DNA of 64,000 bases, taken from IMG/VR virus record IMGVR_UViG_3300024239_000013, positions 248,001 to 312,000 of that record; one strand, written 5' to 3'. The translations under genes and the position numbers were made by a program. The notes beneath the pieces are model-generated. The model was not told the origin of the DNA and searched no databases. It saw only the letters and a list, made by a program, of their open reading frames with translations. Below are positions 39,390 through 49,743 of the stretch, one piece after another (position 1 is the first letter of the stretch; each line of letters starts with the position of its first letter).

Positions 39390-40721
39390 TTAAAATTTAT
39401 TAGAAAAGTCATCTGAAGTTGTCTTGTCGGATCTTATCTCTATAAATCTTGGTAAAAATAAAGATCTGTTTCCGTGTTTATCCTCTATAGTTACGTTATA
39501 TTGGACAGCAGCAATTTTTCCAATATGAGAATCTGGATCTTCACTTAGTGTTTTTAAATCATTGTCAGTAAATCCGGCTCCGACTTTAACATTAAGAGTC
39601 CCACTTGAATCTGTTAAGATAAATCCACCAATAAATCCTTCTCTCTTTCCCTCTCCTGGATACCATCCAGTTATAAGAAGATCGCAATCATTAACCTCTT
39701 TAAATTTTATCCAAGACTTAGATCTTTTACATTCATAAACAACATCAGCTTTACAAATAACTCCCTCCCCACCTTCATCGACAATCTTTTTATAAATAGA
39801 CGAAACTTCACTGGCATCTTTAAGCTCCCACATTTTAGCTAATTTAACCGGGGATTCTTCTGAAATCGAGGATAAAACTTTTTCTAACGTATCTCTTCTT
39901 ATTTTGTAATTAATAACTCCAGAGCCAGTATCTAGAGTAGATGCTTCCTCCAGATCAAAAATATTAAAAAGAAGTCCCTTTTCTATAGATGAATCAACTT
40001 TACCCTTAAGTATCTGAGTAACCTTGCCACTGACTGATTTTCTATTCAAATCCGTTAATTCGCCATCGAAAAACCAATCACCCTTCAATCCGCTATTTAT
40101 CATACACGTTTTAAGATCGAAAGTTATTTTAGGAAAACAAGAGGAATCAAGTTCATTAAATGCTCTAGTAAAGTAGGAAAATTCACCATTCTTATAAAGT
40201 GCTATTACTCTCACTCCATCATATTTCTCCTCACAATATACTTTTCCCCATTTTTCTATGTTATCGTGATCATCTGTTGCCAGCATAAGAGAAGGATCGG
40301 GGATTAATTCTCTCTTAAGTGCTTTATTGATAAGTTTTGCACCTATACCTATGTTCATTCTTTTGGTTAATATTTTCATAAGTACAGTTCTGAGTTCCAA
40401 ATCCTCAGCATCATCTTCAGATATTCTCTGTGAGATGATATTTTGAGCTCTACCTCTAAGTATATCGTTTGCTGCAGGGGCTTTTTTAAGCTCTTCTACA
40501 AGGGCTTTAAATTCATCCCAATGATTAGGATTACTTTCACTTAAAGATTCGTTAAAAGATATCTTATGAAGTTTTGTGGTAATAAATGGGTTATAACAGA
40601 CGTCTAGAATATAAGAGAATTTGTCTGTTAAGTTTTCTTCGATTAATTTTTGTTTTGCCTTTTGAGATCCCTCTCCTGTAAGATTTTCTAGATTTTTAAA
40701 AATTCTTAATTCTTGTATCAT
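39390..40721 (-). CDS. ATP-dependent DNA ligase
   Basis: EKYDGVR, FDGEL, EGVICK, KRSKSWIKFK, SLFLPRF. Confidence 0.92.
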   Translation of the reverse strand: MIQELRIFKNLENLTGEGSQKAKQKLIEENLTDKFSYILDVCYNPFITTKLHKISFNESLSESNPNHWDEFKALVEELKKAPAANDILRGRAQNIISQRISEDDAEDLELRTVLMKILTKRMNIGIGAKLINKALKRELIPDPSLMLATDDHDNIEKWGKVYCEEKYDGVRVIALYKNGEFSYFTRAFNELDSSCFPKITFDLKTCMINSGLKGDWFFDGELTDLNRKSVSGKVTQILKGKVDSSIEKGLLFNIFDLEEASTLDTGSGVINYKIRRDTLEKVLSSISEESPVKLAKMWELKDASEVSSIYKKIVDEGGEGVICKADVVYECKRSKSWIKFKEVNDCDLLITGWYPGEGKREGFIGGFILTDSSGTLNVKVGAGFTDNDLKTLSEDPDSHIGKIAAVQYNVTIEDKHGNRSLFLPRFIEIRSDKTTSDDFSNKF

Positions 40722-40738
40722 ATTGATTTATTTTTTCA

Positions 40739-40746
40739 CAAATATA
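40739..40746 (-). promoter_or_regulatory. Bacteroidota-type -7 element TATATTTG (ligase)
   Basis: Matches TAnnTTTG; 17 nt before ATG. Confidence 0.55.
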
Positions 40747-40770
40747 ATACAAAAATTCGAACTGAAAAAA

Positions 40771-41742
40771 TTATAAATTGAAATATTTACTATTATAGAC
40801 ATCTTCTATCCCGACCGAAACCGCACCTACACTAGAGCATGCGATAGATCCAGCTATATTACATAATTTTAAAGATTCTTTTATATCCAACCCAGAAGAA
40901 AAACATAAAGATATCATAGCGGTAACGGTATCACCAGCACCCGAAACGTCGGAAATTTTCACAGGATATGAAGGAGAGTGATATGATTCATTAGCAGTGA
41001 TGAAAATTACCCCATTTTCTGATAAGGTGACTAGTATAGATTCTATACCTAATTTAGATATAATATTCCTTCCCTCATAAACTATGGAATCGAAATCATT
41101 GGGACTCAATTTTTTATTGATTAAACTACAAAACTCTAAGAAATTGGGTTTAATCAAAGTACAACCGCTATATGAATCAAAATTTTTTAATTTAGGGTCT
41201 ACTAATACTGGCTTATTTTTTTCCTTGCAAATTTTTATAATTCCCTTTATAAGTACAGAGGTTAATAATCCTTTATTATAGTCCTCCATAATAACACAAT
41301 CATAAAAATCTATAACGGATTCTATTTTTGATAATATAATAGATTCTAAATTACTATCAATATCAATTATATCCTCATTATCAACTCTTAATAATTGATG
41401 AGAATTTGAAATGTATCTTGATTTAGTAGTTGTCTTTATTCCCGACCTTTTTATAAGAAGGCTGAGATCAGATTTTTCTGAAACCAAACTTTCTACCTTA
41501 TCTCCATTAAGATCATTTCCTATAACAGAAATAATATCGCTATATCCACCTAAAGAATGAATGTTTAGAAAAACATTACCTGCCCCTCCTAAATAGTAAT
41601 TTTCAGATTTATTTAATAATACCGGTACTGGAGCTTCTGGGGATATTCTAGATACGATTCCATTTACATAATGGTCTAGCATGATATCTCCAATGACCAA
41701 TATTTTAAGTCTGGAAAAAATATCCCTGATGTCTAGATTCAT
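40771..41742 (-). CDS. rfaE: heptose-7-phosphate kinase (RfaE/HldE kinase domain, PfkB family)
   Basis: GDIMLDHY..RISPEAPVPV, GGAGNV, DYNKG, VDPK, DVSGAGDT. Confidence 0.85.
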   Translation of the reverse strand: MNLDIRDIFSRLKILVIGDIMLDHYVNGIVSRISPEAPVPVLLNKSENYYLGGAGNVFLNIHSLGGYSDIISVIGNDLNGDKVESLVSEKSDLSLLIKRSGIKTTTKSRYISNSHQLLRVDNEDIIDIDSNLESIILSKIESVIDFYDCVIMEDYNKGLLTSVLIKGIIKICKEKNKPVLVDPKLKNFDSYSGCTLIKPNFLEFCSLINKKLSPNDFDSIVYEGRNIISKLGIESILVTLSENGVIFITANESYHSPSYPVKISDVSGAGDTVTAMISLCFSSGLDIKESLKLCNIAGSIACSSVGAVSVGIEDVYNSKYFNL

Positions 41743-41774
41743 TTGAGATTGAGTTTTTTAGAGATTATTTATTA

Positions 41775-43442
41775 TTATAGTGTCACTTCCGGAGTTTCTT
41801 CATCTGTTCCCCCTTCTGCTGGTGTTGTTCCCTCGGTCGGTGAAACTTCTTCACCAGTAGCGGATTCTGCTCCAGCTTCTCCTGATTCTGCTTCATTTTT
41901 TTTAGCAGCTTTAGCTTCCTTTTCTTTATAGATTTTATTCATTTTTATTTCGTCTGGATTCATTCCAAGAAATCTCTGGATTAAGAAATCATTATCGAAA
42001 TAAGATTTTTCCTCTTCTCCGACTTTAACTTTAAGTTCAGCTAATCCCTTAATAAATTCACTTCTTTTTGTAAATGACGTCATCTGTACAGATTCCTCAA
42101 ATTCATTATCTCTATAAAAATTTAAACCAAGATTTGATTTAAAGCTTTTATCTTTAGATAATTCAGGATGATCTAAGCACATCTGAATATAAAGAGGTTT
42201 TACTAGGATCTCCTGGAATATCGATCTAAGTCTTCTAAGGAATTTTTCAAATCTTATTTCGTCTCTTTCTAGCTGATCTATAGCTATTTGATAATTGGCA
42301 GGTGTTCCATTTTTAGAGGCAAATCTAGCATAAGGTATTTTAGAATCCATTTTAAGTTTATTGAAGAAAAATAAAACACTCTCCATCACATTAAAATCTG
42401 GTCCAGATGGGTTTAACGATTCTATCTGTGGGGACTGCCCATCTTTCTCGGGAAACAGATAATTCTTATAGAACTGAACTTTAGGTCTACCGTTAATCGT
42501 CAATTCTCCAGAAGCATCATTGATAGAAATATCCTCTTTATAGTTAGACATCAGTTGTCCCAATGTTTGCATAGCTTTTTGTGAAGATTGACTTCCTATA
42601 GGTATAATAAATTTAAGTCTATATGAAGCATTCATAACATTCCATATAACTCTGGAGTTTTCCATTATTCTTAGAATATTATAAGATCTCACCAATCTTT
42701 CTACGTAACTTACTCTTGAAATACTATTTCCCTTTGCATAAGAAATATAGATAACCTGTTCGTTAGTGAGTTTTCGGGTCATCTGTGGATTTTTTGGATA
42801 TTGTAGCCAAAATTGAACATATTCGCTTTCTCCAACCTTTTCAACTACAGGTTGCAAAGAAGCAGGATCTAATTCTTTAAATCCTATAATCTCTTTCCCC
42901 TTGTTATCATAAATTATTTCAAAAGCTAAAAACCCATCTATGAGAAACTGTCTAAAATACTGCCACCCCAAAACACTATTCTGAAATCCAAAAACATTAT
43001 ATATTCTATTATAATGTTTGAACATTTTTTCCTTCATTTTTTCCTTCAGATCCATGTTGATAAATGAGGGTTGTGCAAAATAATTTCTATCGTCGTAATT
43101 TATTGCCTCGTCACTAATAGTATCCAATATAAATTCTATCTCACCATTCAAAGAAAACTTTCTGAGATAATTTCTCTTATCGTTATAGTCTCTATCGAAA
43201 TATGCAATATATTTTCTTACCTTTGTATCCTGGTAAGAAGCTGTCCAATAAAAAGCATCATTTTGGGTAAATCCTGTTCCCTCTTGACTGGAGAAGAATC
43301 CCTCAGTTTTCCCAATGGCCTGTGAATTTCTCACAACCATATCGTCATACTGCATACCAAATTTTGATATATTCCCTAGATTTTTTAATATATTACCTAG
43401 TGCGGATTGGTTTGGTTTTAAATAATCTAAAAATCCTGCCAT
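41775..43442 (-). CDS. gp20: portal protein gp20-like, copy 2
   Basis: FRQFLIDG, SYVERL, KIPYARF, RDEIRFEKFLRRLRSIF. Confidence 0.85.
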   Translation of the reverse strand: MAGFLDYLKPNQSALGNILKNLGNISKFGMQYDDMVVRNSQAIGKTEGFFSSQEGTGFTQNDAFYWTASYQDTKVRKYIAYFDRDYNDKRNYLRKFSLNGEIEFILDTISDEAINYDDRNYFAQPSFINMDLKEKMKEKMFKHYNRIYNVFGFQNSVLGWQYFRQFLIDGFLAFEIIYDNKGKEIIGFKELDPASLQPVVEKVGESEYVQFWLQYPKNPQMTRKLTNEQVIYISYAKGNSISRVSYVERLVRSYNILRIMENSRVIWNVMNASYRLKFIIPIGSQSSQKAMQTLGQLMSNYKEDISINDASGELTINGRPKVQFYKNYLFPEKDGQSPQIESLNPSGPDFNVMESVLFFFNKLKMDSKIPYARFASKNGTPANYQIAIDQLERDEIRFEKFLRRLRSIFQEILVKPLYIQMCLDHPELSKDKSFKSNLGLNFYRDNEFEESVQMTSFTKRSEFIKGLAELKVKVGEEEKSYFDNDFLIQRFLGMNPDEIKMNKIYKEKEAKAAKKNEAESGEAGAESATGEEVSPTEGTTPAEGGTDEETPEVTL

Positions 43443-43446
43443 TTTA

Positions 43447-45036
43447 TTATAATGTTACTTCCGGGGTTTCTTCACCTTCACCCTTATTTTCGGCTTTCTT
43501 TTTTTCCCTTTCCTTTCTTTCTAAAGCTTCTTTATTTGCAACTATATCTTGTTTAGAAATACCTAAGTAGTTTTCTATAAGAAAAGCATTAGAAAAATAC
43601 GGTTCTTCATTATCTCCTAAAATTCCACTCATGGATAGAATTGCTTCTTTCTTCTTTTCTATTGTTGCTATTTCCTGATTTATTTTAAATGGATTATCAG
43701 AGAAATAATCTAAACCTAATTGGCTTTTAAATAAGAAATCATCTTCAAGATTAGGATATTTCTTAACCATTTGTATCCAAAGTGGTTTTATTAGAATCTC
43801 CTGGAAAGTAGATCTTAGTCTAGATATGAATTTTGAAAATCTTATTTCTTCCTTATCCAGTCCCTCTGCACCATTTGAATAAGGAGACGTACTTCCTCCA
43901 TCTGGATTATGAAACCTAGAAGGAGGTACTTTAGATTCTAATATAAACTTATCGAAAAAATAACTCAAAGGTTGAGGATCGTTTAAATTAGGACCCTCCG
44001 TATTTATAGGTTCTATAGTAGGTGTACCATTTACACCAGAAGGCATCAGATAGTTTTTGTAGAATTGTATCTTTGGTCTACCGTCTATTGTCAATTCACC
44101 ACTTTCATCATTAAGTTCTATATCCTCCTTATAAATGCTCATTAGTTCGCCTAGAGTTTGCATTCCTTTTTGCTGGGATTTAGATCCTATCGGAACTGTC
44201 ATTTTCAGCTTAAATGAAGCGTTCATAACGGACCAAATAACTCTAGTATATTCCATGATTCGTAGAATATTATAGGGTCTTATAAGTCTCTCTATATAGC
44301 TTATTCTTGATATAGCATTACCCTTCGCATAAGAAATATAAATTATCTGTGGATCATATAAAACTCTTTTTCTTTTAGGATCTTGTGGATATTGTGTCCA
44401 TGTATTTATAAAAGTCCCATCTATTTGTTTTTCTACACTAGGAACTAGGGTTACCGCATCTAATTCTTTAAATCCTATTATATTTTCTCCTCTATCATCA
44501 TAGATTATCTCAAATGCTAAGAAACCATCTATTATAAATTGTCTGAAATATTGCCAGGCTGTTATATCGTCCGAAAATCCCCAGATGTCATATAATTTTT
44601 TATATGATTCATAAAGTTCATCCTTTAATTTTTCATTTATATCAGTAATATCAATAAAGTCGGGATAAGCAAAGAAATTTGAAGGATCATAGGATATCGA
44701 CTCGTCACATATAGTATCTAGGACCCATTCAATCTCAGGATTAAGTGAGAATTTTCTTAAGAAATCTCTTTTCCCTTTATAGTCCTTATCGAAATATCCG
44801 ATAAACTGTTTAGTAGTTATATCCTGCTTTGCTAAAGTCCATAACATACTTTCGTCCTCCACGTTGGACTTATTCTTGTTTAAGAAGTTTGCTTCGGTTA
44901 CACCTACAGCCTGTGAATTTCTGATGACCATGTCATCATACTTCATACCAAAGGTACTTATCTTCCTAACAGAGTCTCGGATTCTCTGTATAACAGGAGT
45001 CTGTGATGGATTATTATTATCTACAAAGCCAGCCAT
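43447..45036 (-). CDS. gp20: portal protein gp20-like, copy 1
   Basis: FRQFIIDG, SYIERL, KVPPSRF, KEEIRFSKFISRLRSTF. Confidence 0.85.
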   Translation of the reverse strand: MAGFVDNNNPSQTPVIQRIRDSVRKISTFGMKYDDMVIRNSQAVGVTEANFLNKNKSNVEDESMLWTLAKQDITTKQFIGYFDKDYKGKRDFLRKFSLNPEIEWVLDTICDESISYDPSNFFAYPDFIDITDINEKLKDELYESYKKLYDIWGFSDDITAWQYFRQFIIDGFLAFEIIYDDRGENIIGFKELDAVTLVPSVEKQIDGTFINTWTQYPQDPKRKRVLYDPQIIYISYAKGNAISRISYIERLIRPYNILRIMEYTRVIWSVMNASFKLKMTVPIGSKSQQKGMQTLGELMSIYKEDIELNDESGELTIDGRPKIQFYKNYLMPSGVNGTPTIEPINTEGPNLNDPQPLSYFFDKFILESKVPPSRFHNPDGGSTSPYSNGAEGLDKEEIRFSKFISRLRSTFQEILIKPLWIQMVKKYPNLEDDFLFKSQLGLDYFSDNPFKINQEIATIEKKKEAILSMSGILGDNEEPYFSNAFLIENYLGISKQDIVANKEALERKEREKKKAENKGEGEETPEVTL

Positions 45037-45069
45037 TTAAATAATACTTTATTAATTTTATCGAATTTC

Positions 45070-45672
45070 TTAAATTAATTTCGATCTATATTCATTATAT
45101 ATCCCCTGTATGGATAACCCCTCTATCATATTAAAACTAAGATAAGGAATTTTTGGCCAATCCTCCATGGAAATAACCTTAACATTTTTTATGAATTTAT
45201 ATTTAAATCCAAAATAGGAATTTAAATATCCAGTACCTTTAAGAATATTCTTTAGCACAGGGTCCTTTAAATTCACTGGAACTTTGGTCGATCCTCTTTC
45301 GTATGAATTCTTATTAGCTAATAATTGTTCATAGAAATTATCATATATTCTTTCTATTATATCAACTCTTATTATATTCGGTACAGTTATTAAATCTATA
45401 CCTTTTATTACAGTTCCAGATTCTAATGTGTTGAAAACATCGGTACAAATAACAAGAGGCATTCGATCTACGAAAGGCCTTTTTTTGCTAATTTCAGAAT
45501 CCGTTAAATACCTAAAAGAGTAAATCTCTCCTGGGATGAATGGAGGAATGAAAGATATATCTGGTGAATCGTTCTTAAAATATTTACTTAAGAACAGATC
45601 ATTAGTTGAAGTGAATATGTTTCCCGAACTAGTTTCATCTTCTTTGTATTTAAGAACTAAATCTTTATACAT
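45070..45672 (-). CDS. DNA end protector gp2-like (tentative)
   Basis: PGEIYSFRY..DRMPLV pattern; adjacent to gp4. Confidence 0.5.
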   Translation of the reverse strand: MYKDLVLKYKEDETSSGNIFTSTNDLFLSKYFKNDSPDISFIPPFIPGEIYSFRYLTDSEISKKRPFVDRMPLVICTDVFNTLESGTVIKGIDLITVPNIIRVDIIERIYDNFYEQLLANKNSYERGSTKVPVNLKDPVLKNILKGTGYLNSYFGFKYKFIKNVKVISMEDWPKIPYLSFNMIEGLSIQGIYNEYRSKLI

Positions 45673-46157
45673 TATTTACTTTTAAATAGGAAATTTTCAT
45701 CAATAACACCAAATTTATAGCCCCTTTTTTCAGCCCATATTTTTGCAGCTTTGAATTTTGCTTGGTTTGTTATCCAGATCTGCATATTTCTATTATATGA
45801 TTTTAACTTTGCAACCGTCATCTTACCCTCATAAATTGGTTTTTTCGTTTGATTCTCTGGTTTTATTTCAATTATCCATTCTTGAGCATCTCCAGATTCC
45901 TTTACAACCTTGATATAAAAATCTACATTATATTTATGCTCTTTTTTATCTAATGGATTATAATACTCGATAGCAATTGGTTCGGAACTCCACTTTACTA
46001 TAGAATCATTTGTATCACAATACGTACAAAAACGATACTCCCAAGAGGATCTATATATGATGTTATGAATATCTCCTATATACTTTTCAGGATTTCTGGG
46101 TTCGTATTTACCGGATTTATATTCACCGTTTGGTTTTATCTTCTTTATATCAGGCAT
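45672..46157 (-). CDS. gp4: head completion nuclease, gp4-like (TnsA-like)
   Basis: GKYEPRNPEKYIGD, YRSSWE, WSSE, YNVDF, EIKP, NQAKFKAA. Confidence 0.85.
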   Translation of the reverse strand: MPDIKKIKPNGEYKSGKYEPRNPEKYIGDIHNIIYRSSWEYRFCTYCDTNDSIVKWSSEPIAIEYYNPLDKKEHKYNVDFYIKVVKESGDAQEWIIEIKPENQTKKPIYEGKMTVAKLKSYNRNMQIWITNQAKFKAAKIWAEKRGYKFGVIDENFLFKSK

Positions 46158-46163
46158 ATGGTA

Positions 46164-46523
46164 TTAAATATTATATGAATTATCATCACCAGTGATATAG
46201 CTAAATGGTATAGTTTTAGGATTTTTAGGGGGATGTAATTTTTTCCATCCCTTAGCAAATCCATTTTTAGCAATCTGTGTAAAATAAGCAAATGGATTAT
46301 TAGACTTTTCAGGATTGAATCGATTCCAATATTTACAGAGATCTTCCATAGCAAAGGCCATACAATCTTCTTTATCTTCTGGATCTTTATATGACATTTT
46401 CTTAGCTATACCGTTTATCATTAAGGTAAACATTTCTATAGTTTCCGGTGTCAGCTTACCGGCTTTCTTTGATTCTATTACAGCAAGCATAAGCTCACTA
46501 TTTTTAACATATTCTTTTGCCAT
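46164..46523 (-). CDS. gp55: late-transcription sigma factor, T4 gp55-like (short)
   Basis: YVKNSEL, FNPEKSNNPFAYFTQIAKN; start reassigned to ATG 46523 because the longer ORF crosses a terminator and promoter. Confidence 0.8.
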   Translation of the reverse strand: MAKEYVKNSELMLAVIESKKAGKLTPETIEMFTLMINGIAKKMSYKDPEDKEDCMAFAMEDLCKYWNRFNPEKSNNPFAYFTQIAKNGFAKGWKKLHPPKNPKTIPFSYITGDDNSYNI

Positions 46524-46549
46524 TAATTGTTTAATTAGTTTGGATTTAT

Positions 46550-46578
46550 ATTCTAGTATAAAAAATGGTAAATATTTC
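46550..46578 (-). promoter_or_regulatory. middle-type promoter GAAAT-N18-TAGAAT (late sigma gene)
   Basis: Between terminator and ATG 46523. Confidence 0.65.
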
Positions 46579-46580
46579 AT

Positions 46581-46617
46581 AAAAAAAGAATGTAGCTTTT
46601 TGGTTACATTCTTTTTT
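46581..46617 (-). terminator. intrinsic terminator
   Basis: aaaaaagaatgta ... tacattctttttt inverted repeat. Confidence 0.75.
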
Positions 46618-46775
46618 ATTTTTATTCCTTTCTTCTCCGGTTTCGTCTGCATCCGAATCGTCTTTTATTTCTTTTCCATCTGGTGCCTTACTTAATTTTC
46701 CTTCCGAAGATTGAACGAAGGGTTCACCCGGTTTATTTTGATCTTCCGATTTTGGAGCAAAATAAAAGTTACGAC

Positions 46776-49163
46776 TTAGTTTTTTTTTAAAGTTTCAGAT
46801 TCGGTTAAATTCCCATCATTTTCAACTTTACCCTCTCTAAGATTATATCCAATTTCATATTTTTCCCCATCTGCATCTTCTGCATCAAAATTAGTTTTAT
46901 CTTTGGTTTTAGGTGAATCAGCTAAAAGTTTTTCTCCTTCCACTTTACCCTTTTCTTTTTTATTGTTTCCTGGGGCTTTTGCAAGATCGTCATTACCATC
47001 TTTCTTCTTAGCTTCGTTCATAGTAATATTATACCCATGAAGAGAATCTAATTCCATTTCTATGGAATCTTGTTCTCCCTTAGGAGCTTTAGAAAAACTG
47101 TGGCTATCTGCAAAATTCTTTAAAAGAGTTTTTTGCTCTTCTATGCTTAGGTCTGATTTATTAAGATTATTTGACTCTTTAACTTCTTCTGCTTCCTCCT
47201 CCTCTTTAGCATCTTTTTCATTTTTATCTGCAGCTTGACTTAAAGCTTCTTCCAAATCAGAAATTTCATTAACTAGGAAATCTTCGGTTTTTCCGTTGTC
47301 TAAAAGTATAGTATATCTTCCAGATGTCCCATCTACTGAAATTATCTTACCGGTTTCTCCTGATTCTTTAACTTTTATAAAATCTCCAATATTGAATTTT
47401 TCATCTTCTGATATATTAATTTTGTCAGCAAATGAAATTTCTTCTTCTATTTTAGATATTTCAGTGTTTATTTGGTTCCATTTTTCTCTTAGAACATTTA
47501 GTTCGTTTTCTAATGCAGATTTAGCAGTTAGAATTTCATTAGAGCTTTTATATAAAGGTGAAGATTCTAATAAAGAATTTATTTTATTAATCTCATTCTC
47601 AACTTTAGAAATATTTTCTAAAACTTTATTTCTATCATTTACCATGATAGATTTTAGTTTATTTTCGCCTTCCAAGAACTCAGTTAACCCTTCCGAAATA
47701 TCATATTTTAAATAAGACTTAACCATAGAAACTGCTTGAGTTCCACTAACTTTGAAAATTGAATTTTCATTCATAGTTTGGTTAATCTTTTGTAAATAGA
47801 TCTGATTATTCCACTTGAACATATTTACACCAACTCCTTCATAGATATTAGAATTTATACTTTTTGCAAAATCTAACTCAACTATATCTGAATAGTTATT
47901 GTATAAGAACATTGTATCATTAACAACTTCTGATTCATTTACTCCAAAATAAGAGCTAGACTCTAATCCTAATATTTTAGCAAGTCCAATATTATCTGAA
48001 AATCTTAATTTATCTTTTCCTAAATAAACTGCTACATTTTCTCCCTCTTCTACTAGTTTAACTATTTTTTTACCAAATCTAATGGAAATACCATTCTCAT
48101 TAATAGTAACATGTGGTTTTTTAGTAATCTCCACTAATTTAAGATAATCTGAAGGTAATTCAGAAACCTGTTTTTCTGTTAATTTAACTAATTCTTTTTC
48201 TGATGCTTCGAATACAGAATTTCCTATATGGAAGAAAGTTCTTCCATTTTCAAATAAAATAGGCGAGTAAACTCTAGAAACGCTAGATTCACCCTGAGCT
48301 TTTATTGGAATTTCCAAGAATCTATTATCCTCTTTCTCGTTTATATTTAGAAAATTTATTAAATTTCTAACAACTGGATTGAAACTATATTTAGAAATAT
48401 CTCTAACTAATAAACCATTTGACTTTTCTTCTGAAACCAACCAAGAATTTAAAGTTTCAGAAAGTTCAGAATAGAATGCATAGCTTCCACTATTTTTGAT
48501 AGATTCTAAAACTTTAGAAACCTCAATTTCTCTAGAATATTTTTTAGCTTTATTCTTTAACTCTTCTGCTATACCTCTAACTGAATTTTCCCAATTAAAA
48601 GATTCTAATTCAGCAATAAAATTATTCACTACAACAAACTCAGGAAGATTCTTATTTAAAATAAGATTCTGATATTGTTCAAAAAGTACTTTTGCTTTAG
48701 GATACTCACAGATAGAAGATTCTTTCAACTTGGAAATTGCCTCCATAACTCCCAAGTTTTTAATTCCTTGAGATTCAATAAATGAAATAGCAGATCCGTC
48801 TTTATCTTCTAAACTAGATATACTCTCTAATAGTTTTTCAGATTTGGCATCGTCCATTTCATTACCAGGAAGATATGATCCTGAATTTGATGATGTGTTT
48901 TTACCTAATCCTGACCAAGATTCCATAAGTGCTTCTGCTGCTCTTTTAGATACCTCAGCTTCTTCCTTTCTTATTGCTTCAATGTGATTGACAATACTAG
49001 GAGATTCGTTTTGTGTCATTTCTGAATTATTATGTTCGTTGATAGAAGCTATTAATTGATCTTTAGAAACGGATTCGCCTCTAAGAAAACTCTCACATAG
49101 TGATTTTACCTCTGGAGATTTTGTTACCTCTTTTAATTTTTTTACTTGGTTTATAAAGTCCAT
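46776..49163 (-). CDS. large acidic virion/prohead-core-like protein with KOW-like domain; possible -1 frameshift extension
   Basis: 795 aa; many (I/L/M/V)xE sites; FNIGDFIKV..GKIISVD; late motif at 49186. Confidence 0.5.
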   Translation of the reverse strand: MDFINQVKKLKEVTKSPEVKSLCESFLRGESVSKDQLIASINEHNNSEMTQNESPSIVNHIEAIRKEEAEVSKRAAEALMESWSGLGKNTSSNSGSYLPGNEMDDAKSEKLLESISSLEDKDGSAISFIESQGIKNLGVMEAISKLKESSICEYPKAKVLFEQYQNLILNKNLPEFVVVNNFIAELESFNWENSVRGIAEELKNKAKKYSREIEVSKVLESIKNSGSYAFYSELSETLNSWLVSEEKSNGLLVRDISKYSFNPVVRNLINFLNINEKEDNRFLEIPIKAQGESSVSRVYSPILFENGRTFFHIGNSVFEASEKELVKLTEKQVSELPSDYLKLVEITKKPHVTINENGISIRFGKKIVKLVEEGENVAVYLGKDKLRFSDNIGLAKILGLESSSYFGVNESEVVNDTMFLYNNYSDIVELDFAKSINSNIYEGVGVNMFKWNNQIYLQKINQTMNENSIFKVSGTQAVSMVKSYLKYDISEGLTEFLEGENKLKSIMVNDRNKVLENISKVENEINKINSLLESSPLYKSSNEILTAKSALENELNVLREKWNQINTEISKIEEEISFADKINISEDEKFNIGDFIKVKESGETGKIISVDGTSGRYTILLDNGKTEDFLVNEISDLEEALSQAADKNEKDAKEEEEAEEVKESNNLNKSDLSIEEQKTLLKNFADSHSFSKAPKGEQDSIEMELDSLHGYNITMNEAKKKDGNDDLAKAPGNNKKEKGKVEGEKLLADSPKTKDKTNFDAEDADGEKYEIGYNLREGKVENDGNLTESETLKKN

Positions 49164-49247
49164 TTTTTACTTTTTTTTTACTGTTTATATATCCAACTAA
49201 GGACAAGAAACTTTTACTATATATTTTACGATATAATCTTTTTTTTC

Positions 49248-49742
49248 TTAATGACATACTAATATTTCCAATTTAACTGTTATATCAGTACTTGGATTAT
49301 AAAATGATATTCCACCATCACCAATATTACCGGAAACTGTTCCAGGTTTAGATAGATTCCATCCAAGATATTCTGAATTTATAGTAGAAACTTTAGGTCC
49401 GGAAAGCACCATCAATTCACCCATATTATTAATATTTCCCTGATATGTCCAATTTATGTATTTTCTAGATTCTACGACCGTGCTCGGGTATACTGCTTTT
49501 ACTGCTATGAATGAAACATATCCATTTTCATCTGCAATATCACTTTGACTCAATAGAGATCTACTACCAGGTCTTAAAGTTACTCTAGATCTAGAAAATT
49601 TATTCACGGGTATACTCAAATCACTCAAAGAAAGGTATTTTATGGGATTCATAGAATTGCCATCATCTAATACTAAGTCTTCTTTATAAAATCTAAGTCC
49701 TTCTGTTACGTCATAAGGACAATTGATAGGTTGTGTTGCCAT
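49248..49742 (-). CDS. hypothetical virion protein (paralog of 49744-50418)
   Basis: Shared VSxIxxKAxY, MGExMxLSG and F.NP motifs. Confidence 0.55.
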   Translation of the reverse strand: MATQPINCPYDVTEGLRFYKEDLVLDDGNSMNPIKYLSLSDLSIPVNKFSRSRVTLRPGSRSLLSQSDIADENGYVSFIAVKAVYPSTVVESRKYINWTYQGNINNMGELMVLSGPKVSTINSEYLGWNLSKPGTVSGNIGDGGISFYNPSTDITVKLEILVCH

Positions 49743-49743
49743 T

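Noticed and set aside
46524-46652. N-terminal extension of the gp55-like ORF
   Set aside because: Crosses a terminator and promoter; homology starts at MAKEYV
49207-49237. Plus-strand GAAAC...TATAAT
   Set aside because: Spacer is 20 nt rather than 18, and it points antisense with no gene downstream
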